Source of the DNA: Rhodobacter capsulatus SB 1003
Lineage (GTDB): Bacteria; Pseudomonadota; Alphaproteobacteria; Rhodobacterales; Rhodobacteraceae
Reading direction: 5' to 3'
NCBI RefSeq assembly: GCF_000021865.1
Contig: NC_014034.1
Location: 870,001 to 902,000 of the forward strand
DNA: 32,000 nt
Shown here: positions 1-10,329 of the stretch, one piece after another
Position numbering within the stretch: position 1 is the first letter of the stretch
Layout of the letters: each line of letters opens with the position of its first letter
The notes under the pieces: generated by a model
What the model saw: the letters and a program-made list of their open reading frames with translations, nothing else
The model's database searches: none
Told to the model about the DNA's origin: nothing
Translations under genes and position numbers: made by a program

Positions 1-1664
1 GCGACAAAACCGGCCAGCCGCCCGCGCAGCGTCTCGCAGGCGTCCTTCACCGCCATCCCGTTCATGTCGGCCCCCGAAGAGGCCGCGGTGGCCGAGGTGT
101 TGGGCACTTTCGAAGTATCGGTCGCGGTGATGCGCACCTGCACCGGGTCAATCCCCAGCACCGCCGCCGCGACCTGCACCATCTTCGCATGCAGCCCCTG
201 ACCCATCTCGGTGCCGCCATGGTTGAGCGCCACCGAACCGTCGGTATAGATCTGCACCAGCGCGCCCGCCTGATTGAGATGGGTCAGCGTGAAGGAGATC
301 CCGAACTTCACCGGTGAAAGCGCAATGCCCCGCGCCAAGGTTCGATTTGTGCTATTCCATGCGGCAATTTCGGCCCTGCGCGTCGTGAAATTCGCAGATT
401 TCTGCAAGCGCGTGACCAGCTCGCCCAGCACGCAATCCGCCACCTCCTGACCGTAATGCGTGGTCTGCGTCTTCTTGGTGGCAATAGGCTCGGGGGGGCT
501 CGGGGGGGCAGACAGCCCCCTCTCCGGCGGGTCATAAAAATTCAACGCCCGCAATTCGGCCGGATCCCGGCCCATCCCCCGCGCCAGATGCTCGATCGCG
601 CGTTCCATTCCCAACGCGCCCTGCGGGCCGCCAAAGCCGCGAAAGGCGGTGTTCGATTGCGTGTTCGTCCGCAACCGGTGGCTTTCGATGCGCAGGGCGG
701 GGACGAAATAGCTGCCATCGGCATGCAGCATGGCGCGGTCGCAGACCGGCAAGCTCAGATCCGCCGACCAGCCGCAGCGCGCCAGATGCACGAAATCCGC
801 CCCCAGCAGCTTGCCCGAAGCATCGGCGCCGATCCGGTAGCGGATGCGGAAATCATGCCGCTTGCCGGTGATCACCATGTCATCGTCGCGGTCGTAGCGC
901 ATCTTGCAGGGCCGCCCGGTCGCCCGCGCCGCCACCGCGCAGGCAATGGCCAGATGATTGCCCTGACTTTCCTTGCCGCCAAAGCCGCCGCCCATCCGCC
1001 GCATCTCGACCCGCACATCGTGAAAGGCCAGACCCAAAGCATGGGCGACCTTGTGCTGGATCTCGGAGGGATGCTGGCTGGAACAATGGATCACCACGCC
1101 GCCCTCGGCCGGTAGCGCCAAAGCCGCCTGACCCTCCAGGTAAAAATGCTCCTGCCCGCCGATTTCGAAGCAGCCTTCGGCCAGATGCGCGGCGCCCGCC
1201 AGGGCGGTTTCGACATCGCCGCGCGCCCAGATCACCGGCCCGCCCTCGAACCGGCTGTCGGCGGCAAGCGCCTGATCCAGCGTCAGAATGGCCGGGCGCG
1301 GCGCATAGGTGATGCGCGCCTTCCGGGCCGCGATCCGCGCCGCGCGATGGCTGGTGGCGGCGACCAGAAAGATCGGCTGGCCGACGAAATGCACCTCGCC
1401 CGTGGCCAGAACGGGCTCCGGGCTGGGCGCGGGCGAAGCGTCGTTGTCATGCGGCAGGTCGGCCGCGGTGAAGACCGCGATCACGCCCGGGCTTTCCCGC
1501 ACCGGCTCCAGATCCAGCCCGGTGATCGCGGCCGAGGCCTCGGTCGACAGGCCAAAGGCCAGATGCAGCGTGTTGGCGGGGCAGGGCAGGTCGTCCAGAT
1601 ACCGCGCCTGCCCGGTCACATGTGCCCGCGCCGAGTCATGCGGCAGCGGTTTGCCGACGCTCAT
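1..1664 (-). CDS. xdhB: xanthine dehydrogenase molybdopterin-binding large subunit XdhB (C-terminal part lies beyond the window start)
   Basis: The minus-strand frame is open from ATG at 1664 ([27 protein letters not shown]...) to base 1 with no stop (~554 codons). It is absent from the ORF track because the window truncates it. The start overlaps the xdhA stop as ATGA. The translation carries XDH/aldehyde-oxidase large-subunit motifs (..[15 protein letters not shown].., ..[13 protein letters not shown]..) and matches my recollection of R. capsulatus XdhB. Confidence 0.93.
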
Positions 1665-3049
1665 GGCATCACCTCCAGCACCGCGACGGCCTCGCCGGAA
1701 AGCTCACGCACATAGCGCAGGGCCATCGCCTGCGCCGCATTCATCCGGTAAGCGGCCGAGGCGCGCATGTCGGACAGCGGCGTGAAATCCTGCGCGAGCA
1801 GCGGCAGCGCGGCGGCAATCGTGTCTTCGCGGAAATCCTGCCCGATCAGCGCCGCTTCGAAGGCGGCGGCGCGTTTCGGCACCCCGGCCATGCCGCCAAA
1901 GGCGATCCGCGCAGTTTCAATTTTCGAACCTTTCAGGGTCAGATTGAGGCATCCGCAGACCGCGGAAATGTCCTGATCGAACCTTTTCGACAATTTGTAG
2001 CAGCGCAGCCCCGGTGCCGATTTCGGCAGGGTGACGCTTTCGACGAATTCGCCCGGACGCCGGTCCTGCTTGCGATACTCGAGGAAGAAATCCTCCAGCG
2101 GCATCCTGCGGCGCTCCTGACCGCGGCGCAGGGTCAGGCTTGCTCCCATCGCGATCAGCGCCGGCGGCCCGTCTCCGATGGGCGAGCCATTGGCGATATT
2201 GCCGCCGATTGTCGCCACCTGCCGCACCTGTTCCGAGGCGAAGCGGCGCAAGAGACCGGCCAAAGCCGGATGCGGCCCCTCGGCGAAGGCGCGCAGGGCC
2301 GCGATGGTGACCCCGGCGCCGATCCCGTATCCGTCCGGGGTTTCCCGGATCTGCGCCAAGTCCTTGCAATGGCTCAGAAACGCCACCTCGGGCAGGTCGC
2401 GCAGCGCTTTCGTCACCCAGAGGCTGACATCGGTGCCCCCTGCGATCAGCGTGGCTTCGGGATGGGCAAGATACCAATCGGCCAGCGCATCGCTGGTTTC
2501 GGGCAGGAAGGCGGGGGCCGTCTGTCCCCGCACCCCCGAGGATAGTTGCGCCAAGGTGAAAGCGGCATCGGCTTGCAGCCAATCGGCGGGCGGTTCCCCG
2601 GCCGCGGCTTCGGCTGCACGCAGGATCGGCGCGTAGCCGGTGCAGCGGCAGAGGTTGCCCGCCAGAAGGTCGTCGTAATCCTTGCGGTCCCGGTCATGCG
2701 CCGCGGCCATCGAAACGATGAAGCCCGGGGTGCAAAAGCCGCATTGGCTGCCGTGATGGTCGATCATCGCCTGTTGCACCGGATGCAGGCGGCCATCGGG
2801 CGCCGCGATCCCTTCGATGGTGCGCAGCGCCTTGCCTGCGATCTGCGGCAGCATCATCAGGCAGGCATTGACCGCGCGGCTGCCCGCCGCGTCGCGGATC
2901 ATCACCGTGCAGGCGCCGCAATCGCCCTCGTTGCAGCCCTCCTTGGTGCCGGTCAGCCCCTCGGCGCGCAGCCAGTCCAGCAGGCTTTGGGTCGGATCCT
3001 CGATCCGCACCCGCCGGGTTTCTCCATTGAGAAGAAACGCAATTTCCAT
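1661..3049 (-). CDS. xdhA: xanthine dehydrogenase small subunit XdhA (2x[2Fe-2S] + FAD-binding domains)
   Basis: This is ORF-track frame 1661..3154. I set the start at the internal ATG 3049 ([19 protein letters not shown]...), giving 462 aa, with GGAAGA just upstream. Fe-S cysteine motifs are present ([25 protein letters not shown]), followed by a FAD-domain region ([11 protein letters not shown]). The upstream 35 codons are Arg/Pro-rich and non-homologous. Confidence 0.93.
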
Positions 3050-3244
3050 GGCGTCTTCCGCCGCGATACCGGTTTCCGGCCTCCCCCGCCCGATGCGGCG
3101 TAGAGCGGGGGGCTCTCCCTGATCCAGCTTTGCGCAAGGCTTTGGCGCTGGCAAGGATTTCGGCCCGCGGCCGCGTGAAAATGCACCGCATGGTCAATTA
3201 TTGGGCGGCTTGCCCCGCCCCGTTGCTGCCCGTAGTCTGCGGCA

Positions 3245-6200
3245 ATGAGTGATCCCCGATTCATCCACCTGCGCGTGCACACCGAATATTCGCTGCTTGA
3301 GGGCGCGGTTCCGGTGAAGAAGCTGATCAAGCTCTGCGACGCGATGAACATGCCCGCCATCGCCGTGACCGACACCAATGCGATGTTCGCGGCGCTGGAA
3401 TTTTCCGTTCTGGCGCAAGGGGCTGGGTTGCAACCGATCGTCGGCTGCCAGGTTTCGGTCGCCTATGAGGTCGCGGCCCCCGGCGAGAAGCCGCGCCTGC
3501 CCGCGCCGGTCGTGCTGCTTGCCCAGAACGAGGCGGGCTACATGAATCTGATGAAGCTTTCCTCCTGCCTTTACGTCGACAAGGGCGGGCAGCTGCCGCA
3601 GGTGACGCTTGAGGATCTGGAGGCCCATGCCGAGGGGCTGATCTGCTTGAGCGGCGGGGCCGAGGGGCCGGTGGGCAAGCTTTTGCAGCACTCTCAGGCG
3701 GGCAAGGCGCGGCTGTTGATGGAGCGGCTGGCGGCCTGTTACCCGACCCGGCTTTACGTCGAGCTGCAGCGCCATCCGGGCGAGGGCGGGCAGCTGACCG
3801 AGGGCGAGCGGATGACCGAGCGGCCCTTTGTCGAAATGGCCTATGACCTCGGCCTGCCGCTGGTGGCGACGAATGACGTCTACTTTCCAAAATCCGACAT
3901 GTACGAGGCGCATGATGCGATGATCTGCATCGCCGAGGGCGCCTATGTCGATCAGATCGAGCCGCGCCGCCGCCTGACGCCGCAGCATTATCTCAAGACC
4001 GAGGCCGAGATGGCGGCCTTGTTTGCCGATCTGCCCGAGGCGCTTGAAAACACGGTTGAAATCGCCAAGCGCTGCGCCTTTGCCGCGTTCAAGCGCAAGC
4101 CGATCCTGCCGCGGTTCGCCGATGACGAGGTGGAGGAACTCCGCCGTCAGGCCTGGGAGGGACTGCGCGCAAGGCTGGCCGTGATACCGCATGCGGTGCC
4201 GGTTGCCGAATACGAAGAAAGATTGAAATTCGAACTTGGCATCATCGAACAGATGGGCTTTCCCGGCTACTTCCTGATCGTGGCCGACTTCATCAAATGG
4301 GGCAAGTCGCAGGGGATTCCGGTCGGTCCGGGGCGGGGGTCCGGGGCGGGGTCGCTGGTGGCTTACGCGCTGACGATCACCGACCTTGACCCGTTGCGCT
4401 ACAGCTTGCTGTTCGAGCGCTTTCTGAACCCCGAGCGGGTCTCGATGCCCGACTTCGACATCGACTTCTGCATGGATCGCCGCGAGGAGGTGATCAAATA
4501 TGTGCAGGGCAAATATGGCCGCGACAAGGTCGGGCAGATCATCACCTTCGGTGCGCTTTTGTCCAAGGCCGCGGTCCGCGACGTCGGCCGGGTCTTGCAG
4601 ATGTCTTACGGACATGTCGACAAATTGTCGAAAATGATCCCGGTCGAGGGGGTGAAGCCGGTCTCGATCGAAAAGGCGCTGGCGGACGAGCCGCGCCTGC
4701 GCGAGGCGGCGAAATCCGAAGAGGTGGTGGCGCGGCTTCTGAACTATGCCCAGGCGATCGAGGGGCTGTTGCGCAACGCCTCGACCCACGCGGCGGGGGT
4801 GGTGATCGGCGACCGGCCGCTCGATGCGCTGGTGCCGCTTTATCAGGACCCGCGCTCGGACATGCCCGCGACCCAGTTCAACATGAAATGGGTCGAACAG
4901 GCGGGGCTGGTGAAGTTCGACTTTCTGGGGCTGAAGACGCTGACGGTGATTCAGAACGCCGTCAACCTGATCCTCAAATCCGGCCGCCCGCTGCATGTAA
5001 ACCCTTTGGGCGAAACGCTTTATACGCCCGCCGAGGGGGCCGCGAACGAGATCAACCTGATCCCGATCGACGATGCCAAGACCTATGAACTTTACGCGGC
5101 GGCCAAAACGGTCGCGGTGTTCCAGGTCGAATCCACCGGCATGATGGATGCGCTGCGGCGGATGAAACCGACCTGCATCGAGGATATCGTGGCGCTGGTG
5201 GCGCTCTATCGTCCCGGCCCGATGGAGAACATTCCGACCTATTGCGAGGTGAAACACGGGCTGCGGCCGCTGGAATCGCTGCATCCGACCATCGACCCGA
5301 TCCTGAAGGAAACGCAGGGCATCATCGTCTATCAGGAACAGGTGATGCAGATCGCGCAGGTCATGGCGGGCTACAGCCTTGGCGGCGCCGACCTTTTGCG
5401 CCGGGCGATGGGGAAGAAAATCGCCGAGGAAATGGCAAAGGAGCGTCCGAAATTCATCGAGGGCGCCAAGGCCACGCACAACATCGACGCGAAAAAGGCG
5501 GGTGAAGTCTTTGACCTGCTGGAGAAATTCGCGAACTACGGCTTCAACAAGTCGCACGCCGCCGCCTATGCGATCGTGTCCTATCAGACCGCCTGGCTGA
5601 AGGCGAACCACCCCGTCGAATTCATGGCCGGGGTGATGAACTGCGATATCCATCTGACCGACAAGCTGGCGATCTACACCGCCGAGGCGCGGCGGGGGCT
5701 GGGGATCGAGGTGGTGCCACCCTGCGTGAACCGCTCGCTCGCCACCTTTGACGTCGTGGATCAGAAGCTGATCTATGCGCTCGGCGCCTTGAAGAATGTC
5801 GGCGTCGAGGCCATGCGGCTGATCGAAAAAGCCCGCGAGGACAAGCCCTTCCGCGATCTGGTCGAGTTCGCGCGGCGCTGCGATCTGAAACGGATCGGCA
5901 AGCGGCCCTTGGAGATGCTGGCGCGGGCCGGGGCTTTCGACAAGCTTGATCCGAACCGCAAACGCGTGTTCGAAAGCCTCGAATCGCTGATGGCCTGGTC
6001 GGCGGCGGTGGCCGAGGCGAAATCCTCGGCGCAGGTGTCGCTGTTTGGCGAGGCGGGCGACGATCTGCCGCCGCCGCGGCTGGCCGATACCGACGACTGG
6101 CTGCCGGGCGAACGTCTGGCCGAAGAGCACAAGGCCATCGGCTTTTATCTTTCGGGCCATCCGCTTGATGACTATCTGCCTGCTTTGAAACGCAAAAAGG

Positions 6201-6754
6201 TGCTGACCCTGGCCGATGTCACGGCCAAGGCGCTGGGGCAGGGGCCTTTCATCGGCAAGATCGCGGGCCAGGTCGCGGCGCGGTCGGAACGCAAATCGGC
6301 CAAGGGCAACCGCTTTGCCTTCGTGTCGCTTTCGGACCCCACCGGCCCTTACGAGGTCACGGTTTTTTCCGACACGCTCGAAGCCTGCCGCGCGCATCTG
6401 GAGCCGGGGCAGGCGGTGGTGCTGACGGTCAAGGTCGATGTCGAGGGCGAGACGGTGAAGATGCTGTGCCAGACCGCGGCGCCGATCGACACCGTGGCGA
6501 GCGACGCCGGGGCCGGATCGGGGCTGCTGATCCATCTGGAAACGCCCGAGGCGGTCTCCTCGGTGGCTGCACTTTTCGAACGTATTGCCGCGGAAGGACG
6601 GGTGAAATCGCGCGGACAAGTGACCTTTTCCGTCTTTGACCCGGAAAAGCGCCGTCGCTATCAGATCACCGCCGGACGTGAGCTGCCGGTGAACCCGCAG
6701 GTCAAGGGCGCTTTGCGCAGCCTGCGCGGCGTGGTGCAGGTGGAGGAAGTCTGA
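3245..6754 (+). CDS. dnaE: DNA polymerase III alpha subunit
   Basis: A 1169-aa ORF. It has an N-terminal PHP domain (FIHLRVHTEYSLLEGA), polymerase core motifs (GFPGYFLIVADFI, GPGRGSGAGSLVAYAL, MPDFDIDFC), and C-terminal OB-fold/tau-binding regions. Confidence 0.97.
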   Translation: MSDPRFIHLRVHTEYSLLEGAVPVKKLIKLCDAMNMPAIAVTDTNAMFAALEFSVLAQGAGLQPIVGCQVSVAYEVAAPGEKPRLPAPVVLLAQNEAGYMNLMKLSSCLYVDKGGQLPQVTLEDLEAHAEGLICLSGGAEGPVGKLLQHSQAGKARLLMERLAACYPTRLYVELQRHPGEGGQLTEGERMTERPFVEMAYDLGLPLVATNDVYFPKSDMYEAHDAMICIAEGAYVDQIEPRRRLTPQHYLKTEAEMAALFADLPEALENTVEIAKRCAFAAFKRKPILPRFADDEVEELRRQAWEGLRARLAVIPHAVPVAEYEERLKFELGIIEQMGFPGYFLIVADFIKWGKSQGIPVGPGRGSGAGSLVAYALTITDLDPLRYSLLFERFLNPERVSMPDFDIDFCMDRREEVIKYVQGKYGRDKVGQIITFGALLSKAAVRDVGRVLQMSYGHVDKLSKMIPVEGVKPVSIEKALADEPRLREAAKSEEVVARLLNYAQAIEGLLRNASTHAAGVVIGDRPLDALVPLYQDPRSDMPATQFNMKWVEQAGLVKFDFLGLKTLTVIQNAVNLILKSGRPLHVNPLGETLYTPAEGAANEINLIPIDDAKTYELYAAAKTVAVFQVESTGMMDALRRMKPTCIEDIVALVALYRPGPMENIPTYCEVKHGLRPLESLHPTIDPILKETQGIIVYQEQVMQIAQVMAGYSLGGADLLRRAMGKKIAEEMAKERPKFIEGAKATHNIDAKKAGEVFDLLEKFANYGFNKSHAAAYAIVSYQTAWLKANHPVEFMAGVMNCDIHLTDKLAIYTAEARRGLGIEVVPPCVNRSLATFDVVDQKLIYALGALKNVGVEAMRLIEKAREDKPFRDLVEFARRCDLKRIGKRPLEMLARAGAFDKLDPNRKRVFESLESLMAWSAAVAEAKSSAQVSLFGEAGDDLPPPRLADTDDWLPGERLAEEHKAIGFYLSGHPLDDYLPALKRKKVLTLADVTAKALGQGPFIGKIAGQVAARSERKSAKGNRFAFVSLSDPTGPYEVTVFSDTLEACRAHLEPGQAVVLTVKVDVEGETVKMLCQTAAPIDTVASDAGAGSGLLIHLETPEAVSSVAALFERIAAEGRVKSRGQVTFSVFDPEKRRRYQITAGRELPVNPQVKGALRSLRGVVQVEEV

Positions 6755-6760
6755 GCCCGC

Positions 6761-6967
6761 CTACCAATGCGGCGGCTTTTGATCGGCCAGGGGAATCGCC
6801 CCGCCTGCGGCAAATTCGCGCTCGGCCTCGCGCTCGACCAGCATGCCCAAAAGCCGCGACATCCGCTCGATGTCGCGCCCCTGCGCCGCCAGAACGTCGC
6901 TCAGCTCGTCCACGGTCTTGCGCAGATGCGCCAGTTCTTCCTCGGCGCGCTCGATCCTGTCGCTCAT
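6761..6967 (-). CDS. slyX: SlyX-family coiled-coil protein
   Basis: This is ORF-track frame 6761..7000. The preferred start is ATG 6967 ([40 protein letters not shown]...), giving 68 aa of heptad-like helix typical of SlyX. The alternative start at 7000 cannot be excluded. Confidence 0.7.
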   Translation of the reverse strand: MSDRIERAEEELAHLRKTVDELSDVLAAQGRDIERMSRLLGMLVEREAEREFAAGGAIPLADQKPPHW

Positions 6968-7040
6968 TTGCCCTCTCGTGCTTGCCGGGGTGGCCCCCAT
7001 CCGCTACACCCTCGCCCGAGAAACGATCGGGTGCAAGACC

Positions 7041-8540
7041 ATGTCCAGCGAGAAGAAACCGCGCCGTCCGAAGGCCGAGACGCCCAAGGGGTTCCGCGAC
7101 TATTTCGGCGCCGAGGTGACCGAGAGGGCCGCGATGCTGTCGACCATCGCCGAGGTTTACCGCGCGCATGGCTTCGATCCGCTGGAAACCTCGGCCGTGG
7201 AAACGGTCGAGGCTCTGGGCAAGTTCCTGCCCGATGTCGACCGCCCGAACGAAGGCGTCTTTGCCTGGCAGGACGAGGGCGGCGATTGGCTGGCTTTGCG
7301 CTATGACATGACGGCGCCCCTGGCCCGCGTCGCGGCGCAGTTCCGCAACGACCTGCCCAGCCCCTATCGGCGCTACACGATGGGCCCGGTCTGGCGGAAT
7401 GAGAAGCCCGGCCCGGGGCGGTTTCGTCAATTCTATCAATGCGATGCGGATACGGTGGGGGCGGCCTCGGTTGCCGCCGATGCCGAGATCTGCGGCATGC
7501 TTTCTGACGCTTTGGAAGCGGTGGGCATCGATCGCGGCGATTACGTCGTGCGGGTCAACAACCGCAAGGTGCTGAACGGCGTGATGGAAGTGGCGGGGGT
7601 GCTGGACCCCTCCGACCCGGATCGCTTCGCCGAGGAACGCGGCATCGTGCTGCGCGCTATCGACAAGTTCGACAAGTTCGGCGAGGCGGGCGTGCGCGCG
7701 CTGATGGGCAAGGGGCGGCTGGACGAGTCGGGCGATTTCACCAAGGGCGCGGGGCTTTCGGACGCGCAGGCCGATGTGGTGATGGGCTTCATGGAGGCCA
7801 AGCGCGACACCGGCGCCGCGACGGCCGCGCGTCTGCGCGAGCTGGTTTCGGGTTCGGCGCTGGGCGCGGCAGGCGTTGATGAGCTTGAATTCATTGCGCA
7901 AATTCTGGACGGTCAAGGCTATGGCCCGGACCGTATCGTGATCGACCCCTCGGTCGTGCGCGGGCTTGGCTATTACACCGGGCCGGTGTTCGAGGCTGAA
8001 CTGACCTTTGAAATCCTGGATGAAAAGGGCCGCAAGCGCAGCTTCGGCTCGGTCGCGGGGGGCGGGCGGTACGACGATCTGGTGAAGCGCTTCACCGGGC
8101 AGGAAGTGCCCGCGACCGGCGTTTCGATCGGCGTCGACCGGCTTCTGGCCGCTTTGCGCGCCAAGGGACGGATCGGCGGCGCGGCGCAGGGCCCGGTTGT
8201 CGTGACCGTGATGGACCGCGACCGGATGGGCGACTATCTCGCCATGGCCGCGACGCTGCGCCGGGCGGGCATCCGCGCCGAGGTCTATCTGGGCAACCCG
8301 AAAAACTTCGGCAACCAGCTCAAATATGCCGACAAGCGCGAAAGCCCGGTGGCGATCATCCAGGGCGCCGACGAGGCTGCCCGCGGCGTCGTGCAGATCA
8401 AGGACCTGATCCTGGGCGCGAAGATCGCGGCTTCCGCCAGTGTTGAAGAATGGAAAGCGCAACCGGCTCAATTCGAGATTCCGACCGGGGAAATGGTTGC
8501 AAAAGTGCAAGAGGTTCTTGCGCGCTACGGGGTGAAGTGA
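7041..8540 (+). CDS. hisS: histidine--tRNA ligase (long alphaproteobacterial type)
   Basis: This is ORF-track frame 6843..8540. The real start is ATG 7041 ([23 protein letters not shown]...). Class II aaRS motifs are present ([37 protein letters not shown]), followed by a C-terminal anticodon-binding domain. The 66 upstream codons are antisense to slyX and non-homologous. Confidence 0.93.
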   Translation: MSSEKKPRRPKAETPKGFRDYFGAEVTERAAMLSTIAEVYRAHGFDPLETSAVETVEALGKFLPDVDRPNEGVFAWQDEGGDWLALRYDMTAPLARVAAQFRNDLPSPYRRYTMGPVWRNEKPGPGRFRQFYQCDADTVGAASVAADAEICGMLSDALEAVGIDRGDYVVRVNNRKVLNGVMEVAGVLDPSDPDRFAEERGIVLRAIDKFDKFGEAGVRALMGKGRLDESGDFTKGAGLSDAQADVVMGFMEAKRDTGAATAARLRELVSGSALGAAGVDELEFIAQILDGQGYGPDRIVIDPSVVRGLGYYTGPVFEAELTFEILDEKGRKRSFGSVAGGGRYDDLVKRFTGQEVPATGVSIGVDRLLAALRAKGRIGGAAQGPVVVTVMDRDRMGDYLAMAATLRRAGIRAEVYLGNPKNFGNQLKYADKRESPVAIIQGADEAARGVVQIKDLILGAKIAASASVEEWKAQPAQFEIPTGEMVAKVQEVLARYGVK

Positions 8541-9610
8541 TGGCATCCAAGGCCGAGGCGCGATCCATCGGGCAACGGCTTCTGGCCGCTTTCGAAGCCG
8601 CCGGGGCCGTCGAAGTCACCCCCGACATCCTGCAACCGGCCGAGGCGCTGCTTGACCTTTATGGCGAGGATATCCGCGCCCGCGCCTATGTCACCGCAGA
8701 CCCCCTGCGCGGCGAGATGATGGCGCGTCCCGATTTCACCGTGCCCGTGGTGCAGGCCCACATGGCCGAGGGGGCGGAACCCGCCCGTTACGCCTATATG
8801 GGCGAGGTCTTTCGCAAGCAGGATCATCGCGGCAGTGCCCGCGTGGCCGAATATTTTCAGGCGGGCTATGAAATCTTTGACCGCGAAGACCCCGAAGCCG
8901 CCGATGCCGAGGTTTTCGCGCTTTTCGCCAAGCTGCTGAAACCGCTCGACCTTTCTGCGACCATTGGCGATATCGGCCTGTTGCGCGCGGCGGTCGAGGG
9001 GCTCGACACCCTGCCTGCGCGCAAGGCCGCGCTCGCCCGGCACATCTGGCGCCCGAAGCGCTTTCATCGGCTGATGGAGCGCTATGCCGGGCTGGTGCCG
9101 GTGCCCGAAAGCCGCGCCGAGTTGCTTTCGGGCGCGACCTCTGACGCGCCCTGGATCGGCCTGCGCGCGCCCGAGGAAATGGCCGCCCGCATCGCGGTGC
9201 TGCAGGCCGATGCCGAGACCGCGCCGATTGCCGCCGAGGATGTGGCGCGGCTTGATGCGCTTTTCGCGCTGCGCTGCACCGCCGACCGGGCGCCGGCGCA
9301 GTTGAACGACCTTGGCATCGCCGCGCTGGCCCCGGCGATTGCGCGGCTCGAACGGCGGCTGGCGGCGCTTGACGCGCGCGGCATCGACCTGACGGCGCTT
9401 GCCTTCGAGGCGAGCCACGGCCGGACCACGATGGAATATTACGACGGCTTCGTCTTCAGCTTCGAGACCGCCGATCCGGGCTTTCCGCCCATCGCCTCGG
9501 GCGGGCGCTATGACGCGCTGACCCGGGTTCTGGGCGGCGGGCGCGAGATCCCGGCGGTGGGCGGCGTGATCCGCCCGGGCCTTGTCGCAGACCTCGGGGG
9601 GCTGGCATGA
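8540..9610 (+). CDS. hisZ: ATP phosphoribosyltransferase regulatory subunit HisZ (HisRS paralog without anticodon-binding domain)
   Basis: Its ATG overlaps the hisS stop (TGATG at 8538-8542). The 356-aa product begins [22 protein letters not shown]... It has a HisRS-like catalytic core (GGRYDAL) but ends without an anticodon-binding domain, and it sits immediately upstream of a short-form hisG. Confidence 0.9.
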   Translation: MASKAEARSIGQRLLAAFEAAGAVEVTPDILQPAEALLDLYGEDIRARAYVTADPLRGEMMARPDFTVPVVQAHMAEGAEPARYAYMGEVFRKQDHRGSARVAEYFQAGYEIFDREDPEAADAEVFALFAKLLKPLDLSATIGDIGLLRAAVEGLDTLPARKAALARHIWRPKRFHRLMERYAGLVPVPESRAELLSGATSDAPWIGLRAPEEMAARIAVLQADAETAPIAAEDVARLDALFALRCTADRAPAQLNDLGIAALAPAIARLERRLAALDARGIDLTALAFEASHGRTTMEYYDGFVFSFETADPGFPPIASGGRYDALTRVLGGGREIPAVGGVIRPGLVADLGGLA

Positions 9611-10314
9611 GCGCGATCAAACTGGGCGTGCCCTCCAAGGGGCGGCTGATGGAGCAATGCTTCGACTGGTTCGCGGCGCGCGGTCTCACGCTCAAACGGA
9701 CCGGGTCGGACCGCGAATATGCGGGCGCGGTCGAAGGCGCGGAAGCTGTTGAACTTGTTCTGCTTTCGGCGGGCGAAATCCCGCGCGAGCTGGCCGCGGG
9801 GCGCATCCATCTGGGCGTCACCGGTTCGGACCTCGTGCGCGAGAAACTGGCCGATTGGGAAACCCAGGTCGCCGATCTGGCGCCGATGGGCTTTGGTCAT
9901 GCCGATCTGATCATCGCCGTGCCCGCCTGTTGGGCCGATGTCGACACGCTCGAAGACCTTGATGCGGTGGCGCATGCCTTCCGCGCCGCGCATGGTCAGC
10001 GGCTGCGGATCGCGACGAAATATCATCGCCTGCTGCGCGAGTTTCTGGCGCGCGAGGGGGTGGCGGACTGGCAATCGGTCGACAGTCAGGGCGCGACCGA
10101 GGGGACGGTGAAGAACCTCACCGCCGAGGCCGTGGCCGATATCACCTCTTCGGGGGAAACGCTGCGCGCCAACCACCTGAAGATCCTGTCGGACGGGCTG
10201 ATCCACCAAAGCCAGGCGACGCTTTTTGCGGCGCGCGCGGCCGATTGGACCGGGCTGGAAGCGCCCTTCGCCGCGCTGTGCGCGCAGCTTGGTGTGAACG
10301 CGCCGAAGCTCTGA
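9607..10314 (+). CDS. hisG: ATP phosphoribosyltransferase, short form (HisG-S)
   Basis: The start overlaps the hisZ stop as ATGA. The 235-aa product begins MSAIKLGVPSKGRLMEQ... and contains ..ATKYHRLLREFL.. and ..ADITSSGETLRAN... Its length and its pairing with hisZ fit the short form. Confidence 0.92.
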   Translation: MSAIKLGVPSKGRLMEQCFDWFAARGLTLKRTGSDREYAGAVEGAEAVELVLLSAGEIPRELAAGRIHLGVTGSDLVREKLADWETQVADLAPMGFGHADLIIAVPACWADVDTLEDLDAVAHAFRAAHGQRLRIATKYHRLLREFLAREGVADWQSVDSQGATEGTVKNLTAEAVADITSSGETLRANHLKILSDGLIHQSQATLFAARAADWTGLEAPFAALCAQLGVNAPKL

Positions 10315-10329
10315 TCCCCGCTTTCGGCC

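Noticed and set aside
3050-3244. Regulatory element in the divergent xdhA/dnaE gap
   Set aside because: There is only a weak, long-loop inverted repeat (ccccgc...gcgggg) and a short AT patch (tcaattattg at 3195-3204). This is not enough to call a promoter or operator.
3194-6619. 1141-aa ORF antisense to dnaE
   Set aside because: It lies exactly opposite an unambiguous dnaE frame. The translation is Arg/Gly/His/Pro/Leu-rich low-complexity sequence with no recognisable motifs. Long stop-free antisense frames are expected in DNA that is about two-thirds G+C with high GC3.
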